In this document: piece by piece, positions 15,579 to 19,202 of the stretch
How positions within the stretch are numbered: the first letter of the stretch is position 1
Layout: every line of letters starts with the position of its first letter
Virus record (IMG/VR): IMGVR_UViG_2526164689_000024
Direction: 5' to 3' (one strand)
From: a virus
Taxonomy: Duplodnaviria > Heunggongvirae > Uroviricota > Caudoviricetes
Length of the DNA: 19,202 nucleotides
Notes under the pieces: model-generated
What the model was told of the DNA's origin: nothing
Seen by the model: the letters and a program-made list of their open reading frames with translations, nothing else
Database searches by the model: none
Translations under genes and position numbers: made by a program

Positions 15579-16628
15579 ATGATTAATACTGTAAAAATAT
15601 CCAGTTGTGAGTTAATCAACGCTGATTGCCTGGAATTTATCCAGACCTTACCGGAAAACTCTGTCGATCTGATAGTCACAGACCCGCCATACTTTAAAGT
15701 GAAGCCCGAGGGCTGGGATAACCAGTGGGAGGGCGACGATGATTACCTGAAATGGCTGGACCAGTGTCTGGCGCAGTTCTGGCGGGTACTGAAGCCTGCC
15801 GGAAGTCTTTACCTGTTCTGTGGTCATCGCCTGGCATCTGACACCGAAATCATGATGCGTGAGCGCTTTAATGTGCTGAACCACATTATCTGGGCGAAGC
15901 CGTCCGGACGCTGGAACGGGTGCAATAAGGAAAGTCTGCGGGCGTATTTTCCGGCAACAGAGCGCATTCTGTTTGCAGAACATTATCAGGGACCGTATCG
16001 CCCGAAAGATGATGGCTATGTGGAGCAGGGGCGCGAGCTAAAACAGCACGTCATGGCCCCGCTGATTTCTTACTTTCGTGATGCGCGTAAATCACTGGGA
16101 ATAACGTCAAAACAGATAGCGGAAGCCACCGGAAAGAAAAACATGGCTTCGCACTGGTTTGGTATCAGTCAGTGGCAGTTACCGAACGAGGGTGATTACA
16201 ACAAATTGCAGGCGTTGTTTGCGCGTGTTGCGGCAGAAAAACATCAGCGCGGGGAACTGGAAAAGCCACACCACCAGCTGGTCAGCACATACAGTGAGCT
16301 GAACCGGCAGTATACGGAACTGCTGAGTGAATATAAAAATTTGCGGCGGTATTTCGGTGTGACGGCGCAGGTTCCGTACACCGATGTCTGGACGCATAAA
16401 CCGGTGCAGTACTATCCAGGGAAACATCCGTGCGAAAAACCGGCAGAAATGCTGCAGCAGATAATCAACGCGAGCAGTCGTCCGGGAGACCTGGTTGCAG
16501 ATTTTTTTATGGGTTCAGGTTCAACGGTAAAAGCGGCGATGGCACTGGGGCGTTGTGCGATTGGTGTTGAGCTGGAGACCGGACGCTTTGAACAGACAGT
16601 CAGGGAAGTTCAGGATTTAATCGTTTGA
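15579..16628 (+). CDS. DNA methyltransferase, beta-class amino-MTase (N6-adenine or N4-cytosine), apparently orphan
   Basis: 349 aa; DPPY motif (LIVTDPPYF) near the N-terminus and AdoMet motif DFFMGSGST near the C-terminus (motif IV before motif I); no adjacent endonuclease ORF. Confidence 0.8.
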   Translation: MINTVKISSCELINADCLEFIQTLPENSVDLIVTDPPYFKVKPEGWDNQWEGDDDYLKWLDQCLAQFWRVLKPAGSLYLFCGHRLASDTEIMMRERFNVLNHIIWAKPSGRWNGCNKESLRAYFPATERILFAEHYQGPYRPKDDGYVEQGRELKQHVMAPLISYFRDARKSLGITSKQIAEATGKKNMASHWFGISQWQLPNEGDYNKLQALFARVAAEKHQRGELEKPHHQLVSTYSELNRQYTELLSEYKNLRRYFGVTAQVPYTDVWTHKPVQYYPGKHPCEKPAEMLQQIINASSRPGDLVADFFMGSGSTVKAAMALGRCAIGVELETGRFEQTVREVQDLIV

Positions 16629-16676
16629 AACGGATGAGATTGCAGAATTAATTACGCACCATTATTATTCTGCTCC

Positions 16677-16752
16677 CGGCCCTTTAGCTCAGTGGTGAGA
16701 GCGAGCGACTCATAATCGCCAGGTCGCTGGTTCAAATCCAGCAAGGGCCACC
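16677..16752 (+). tRNA. tRNA-Ile2-like (anticodon CAT, probably lysidine-modified; Met cannot be excluded)
   Basis: cloverleaf parsed by hand: acceptor GGCCCTT/AAGGGCC, D-arm GCTC-AGTGGTGA-GAGC, anticodon loop CTCATAA, T-arm GCTGG-TTCAAAT-CCAGC, CCA encoded; very similar to recalled E. coli ileX. Confidence 0.8.
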
Positions 16753-16853
16753 ATCACAAACCGCCATTAGCTTATCAGGAAGAGCAGACGACACCATAAC
16801 AGGGTTGTTGGTGCGGGGGCGGGTCCCCGATGGCGGTCCATTATCGGTATTCT

Positions 16854-16930
16854 GCGTTGTTAGCTCAGCCGGACAGAGCAATTGCCTTCTAAGCAATCGG
16901 TCAGTGGTTCGACTCCACTACAACGCGCCA
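16854..16930 (+). tRNA. tRNA-Arg (anticodon TCT, reads AGA/AGG)
   Basis: cloverleaf parsed by hand: acceptor GCGTTGT/ACAACGC, D-arm GCTC...GAGC, anticodon stem ATTGC/GCAAT with loop CTTCTAA, T-arm AGTGG-TTCGACT-CCACT, CCA encoded. Confidence 0.8.
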
Positions 16931-16943
16931 CACTTATTTTCCA

Positions 16944-16967
16944 GGCTCGCTTCGGCGGGCCTTTTTT
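16944..16967 (+). terminator. rho-independent terminator after the tRNA pair
   Basis: GGCTCGC-ttcg-GCGGGCC (7-bp stem, one G-U pair) followed by TTTTTTG. Confidence 0.65.
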
Positions 16968-17099
16968 GTATCTGCGCCACGCCCGGCGCATATCAACCAC
17001 AGAGCCTTTCGGGGGTGAGCTTACGGAGTGGTCAGTGTGACTTTCTCTGTGGGCAGATCGCTCCCGGGCGTTGGCTCACCCACCCAAAGGAACGTCACG

Positions 17100-17531
17100 A
17101 TGTTTGGAATCTTCAAAAAGAAAACCCGCAGAGCGGCAGCGGAAATTAAAAAGTTTGAGAAACGCGATCTGGCACAGGCGGTGATTAACGCTGCATACCT
17201 GGTGGCCTATGCAGATGGTGAATGCGAGGCATCCGAGAAAGCGAAGATCGAACAGGTCTTACGTAATCAGCCTGCGTTGTCTGCGTTTACCTCGGAAATT
17301 AATGCGATTAGCGCAACTATTATCGGTCAGCTAGATACCAATTTTAAAATTGGTCGTCGTGCCGCGTTACGCGAGATTGAGGATGTGAAACACGATACGC
17401 GTGAAGCGGAAGATGTGCTGGATGTGGCGGTGGCCATTGCGGAGGCAGACGGCGAAATTGAGCCGGAAGAGCGCAAGGTGCTGGAAGAGATTGCCGGTGT
17501 TCTGGGTCTTCGTCTGGAGAATCACCTGTGA
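17100..17531 (+). CDS. TerB-like protein (tellurite-resistance TerB fold)
   Basis: 143 aa from ATG 17100 (AAGGA 8 nt upstream; track ORF begins at an upstream GTG 17028); two ADGE-type motifs AYADGECEASEKAKIEQVL and AEADGEIEPEERKVLEEIAGVLGL and N-terminal MFGIFKKK, parallel to plasmid TerB (MSFFDKVK..., ..SDG..E.., ..SDG...DDEK...IA..LG) as recalled. Confidence 0.65.
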   Translation: MFGIFKKKTRRAAAEIKKFEKRDLAQAVINAAYLVAYADGECEASEKAKIEQVLRNQPALSAFTSEINAISATIIGQLDTNFKIGRRAALREIEDVKHDTREAEDVLDVAVAIAEADGEIEPEERKVLEEIAGVLGLRLENHL

Positions 17532-17695
17532 CGGTAAAACTGCGCCTGGCTGTGGCTGCACTCCTGCTGTTTCTGGTGGTGATGGTGGATTTCACCAGCA
17601 GAATCATGTCGGTGCTGGCGGATGGGGTGCTGGTCTGCGGCATTGTGGTATTGCTGTGGCCGGTGATAAAAAGAAACAGCCTGCATAATGCTTGA
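17528..17695 (+). CDS. small two-helix membrane protein, translationally coupled to the TerB-like gene
   Basis: hand-translated 55 aa VTVKLRLAVAALLLFLVVMVDFTSRIMSVLADGVLVCGIVVLLWPVIKRNSLHNA; GTG overlaps the TerB-like TGA (GTGA); not in track in this frame. Confidence 0.35.
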   Translation: MTVKLRLAVAALLLFLVVMVDFTSRIMSVLADGVLVCGIVVLLWPVIKRNSLHNA

Positions 17696-17862
17696 TTTTT
17701 TTGTTTGCTGTTTATTAAAAACACTTCTGCATGGTGAATCCCCCTGTGCGGAGGGGCGATCAGCAACCAGGTATATGGGATAATCGCGGATTTAGGTGCT
17801 GATACTGAATTCACCGGGAGGCACCCGGCACCATACAAGAAAAAGAATGTGCATGCAAACAT

Positions 17863-17886
17863 GCCCCTCTCCGGAGGGGCTTTTTT
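17863..17886 (+). terminator. strong rho-independent terminator
   Basis: GCCCCTC-tccg-GAGGGGC 7-bp GC-rich stem followed by T6. Confidence 0.8.
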
Positions 17887-17979
17887 ATGGGTAAAAAATG
17901 CCCGAATGGGTTCGGGCAATAGCATGAGATACTGATATTGTTGTGTTGTTATCGTGTGGATTTTAACCAGGGTTTATCA

Positions 17980-18006
17980 GGCTGCGCAACTGCGTGGCCT
18001 TTTTTC
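17980..18006 (+). terminator. probable rho-independent terminator
   Basis: GGCTGCGC-aact-GCGTGGCC 8-bp stem (two G-U pairs) followed by T6. Confidence 0.5.
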
Positions 18007-18013
18007 ATTTCTT

Positions 18014-18058
18014 GGGCTGTAGTCCCCGTGTGTCATTCAGGCTTCCGGACTACAGCCC
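18014..18058. repeat. 12-bp perfect inverted repeat with 21-nt spacer upstream of nanS-p
   Basis: GGGCTGTAGTCC (18014-18025) and GGACTACAGCCC (18047-18058) are exact reverse complements; about 45 bp before the nanS-p start. Confidence 0.85.
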
Positions 18059-18101
18059 ACTCCATATCTGATTTAATACACTATCCCGGCCGGGAGGAAT
18101 A

Positions 18102-19202
18102 ATGACATTTAAACATTATGATGTTGTCAGGGCGGCGTCGCCGTCAGACCTTGCGGAAAAGCTGACACACAAACTGAAAGAGGGCTGGCAGCCGTTTGGT
18201 AGTCCGGTGGCCATAACCCCTTATACCCTGATGCAGGCGATTACAGCAGAAGGTGATGTGGTGGTCAGTGGTGCAACTGAGCCGGATTGGTACTACGTCA
18301 TCGTACTGGCCGGGCAGTCCAATGCCATGGCTTACGGTGAAGGGCTTCCGCTGCCGGATTCATACGATGCTCCGGATCCGCGCATTAAACAGCTGGCGCG
18401 CCGCAGTACAGTGACGCCGGGTGGGGCTGCCTGCAGATATAACGATATTATTCCGGCCGACCACTGCCTGCATGATGTGCAGGATATGAGTACGCTGAAT
18501 CATCCGAAGGCAGACCTGAGCAAAGGGCAGTACGGCTGTGTCGGCCAGGGCTTACATATTGCCAAAAAACTGCTCCCGTATATCCCGAATAACGCGGGGA
18601 TCCTGCTGGTACCATGCTGTCGTGGTGGTTCGGCATTCACCCAGGGCGCGGAGGGGACATTCAGTGCGGACACGGGGGCCAGCCAGGATTCGGCACGCTG
18701 GGGTGTGGGTAAACCGTTATATCAGGACCTGATTGCGCGCACTAAAGCTGCATTACAGAAGAACCCGAAAAATGTGTTGCTGGCGGTGTGCTGGATGCAG
18801 GGAGAGTTTGACATGAGCGCCGCCACCCACGCACAGCAACCTGCGCTGTTTACAGCCATGCTGACACAGTTTCGTGCTGACCTCTCCGTGTTTAACGCGC
18901 AGTGCCATGGTGGCAGTGCTGCAGATGTGCCGTGGATTTGTGGTGACACGACGTATTACTGGAAAAATACATACGCTACCCAGTACGACACCGTGTACGG
19001 CGGGTATAAAAACAGGGAGAGTGAGGGCGTTTATTTTGTGCCCTTCATGACAGACGGTAACGGTGTCAATACCGCCACTAACGCGCCGGCAGAAGATCCG
19101 GATATTCCGGCATCAGGATATTACGGTGCGGCATCGAGAACGAATGGAAACCAGGTATCATCAAACCGCCCGACACATTTCAGTTCATGGGCGCGCAGGA
19201 GC
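18102..19202 (+). CDS. nanS-p: NanS-p-type 9-O-acetyl sialate esterase (DUF1737 N-terminal domain plus SASA/SGNH esterase), 3' end beyond window
   Basis: open frame from ATG 18102 (GGGAGG SD) to the window end, 367 codons without stop, hand-translated: MTFKHYDVVRAASPSDLAEKL...VIVLAGQSNAMAYGEGLP (GQSN esterase motif); matches the family found downstream of stx in Stx phages; absent from track because no stop lies in the window. Confidence 0.7.
   Translation, partial: MTFKHYDVVRAASPSDLAEKLTHKLKEGWQPFGSPVAITPYTLMQAITAEGDVVVSGATEPDWYYVIVLAGQSNAMAYGEGLPLPDSYDAPDPRIKQLARRSTVTPGGAACRYNDIIPADHCLHDVQDMSTLNHPKADLSKGQYGCVGQGLHIAKKLLPYIPNNAGILLVPCCRGGSAFTQGAEGTFSADTGASQDSARWGVGKPLYQDLIARTKAALQKNPKNVLLAVCWMQGEFDMSAATHAQQPALFTAMLTQFRADLSVFNAQCHGGSAADVPWICGDTTYYWKNTYATQYDTVYGGYKNRESEGVYFVPFMTDGNGVNTATNAPAEDPDIPASGYYGAASRTNGNQVSSNRPTHFSSWARRS

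Noticed and set aside
15370-15582. 70-aa plus-strand ORF in the spacer before the methyltransferase
   Set aside because: No SD, overlaps the wHTH ORF end and the methyltransferase start region; likely noncoding spacer.
16960-17900. Shiga-toxin genes stxA/stxB expected between the phage tRNAs and nanS-p
   Set aside because: No ORF of about 319 aa followed by about 89 aa with signal peptides is present; the interval encodes the TerB-like protein and a small membrane peptide instead.
17344-17925. 193-aa minus-strand ORF and 95-aa plus-strand ORF (17401..17688) overlapping the TerB-like gene region
   Set aside because: The minus ORF is antisense to the motif-supported TerB-like frame and spans two terminators; the 95-aa frame is Trp/Arg-rich. 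The GTG-coupled 55-aa hydrophobic frame is the more plausible reading, though itself uncertain.
18448-18949. Minus- and plus-strand ORFs of 62-75 aa inside the nanS-p region
   Set aside because: Embedded in or antisense to the long open nanS-p frame that carries the GQSN esterase motif.

Overview
The window reads as the early/regulatory half of a lambdoid prophage in an enterobacterial (Escherichia/Shigella-like) background, ordered att-side, int, xis, left operon, repressor/cro, replication, nin-type accessory genes, Q-like gene, then the start of the late region. Minus strand, left arm: a lambda-family integrase and Xis, an 847-aa protein ending in a DEDDh 3'-5' exonuclease domain, then a Qin-type division-inhibition operon (YdfD-like, DicB-like, DicF-like sRNA, YdfA-like) lying downstream of a CI/LexA-type repressor. 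Plus strand, right arm: a Cro/DicC-like gene, a YdaT-like gene, an O-like initiator with an internal iteron origin, a DnaC-like loader, a run of small accessory genes (DUF4406-like, Ead/Ea22-like, two tiny membrane peptides, a Hok toxin), a DUF968-like protein, RusA, a Q-like protein with a downstream terminator, an orphan DNA methyltransferase, two phage tRNAs (Ile-CAU, Arg-UCU), a TerB-like protein with a small membrane protein, and the 5' part of a NanS-p-type esterase. The most interesting locus is the TerB-like/small-membrane-protein pair, which sits between the phage tRNAs and nanS-p where Stx phages carry stxAB. Other candidate accessory modules are the DUF4406-like/membrane pair, the tiny peptides next to hok, and the methyltransferase with its upstream wHTH gene. 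All calls come from reading the translations and DNA, with family names recalled from memory; no database search or folding program was run, and hand-derived coordinates may be off by a base or two.
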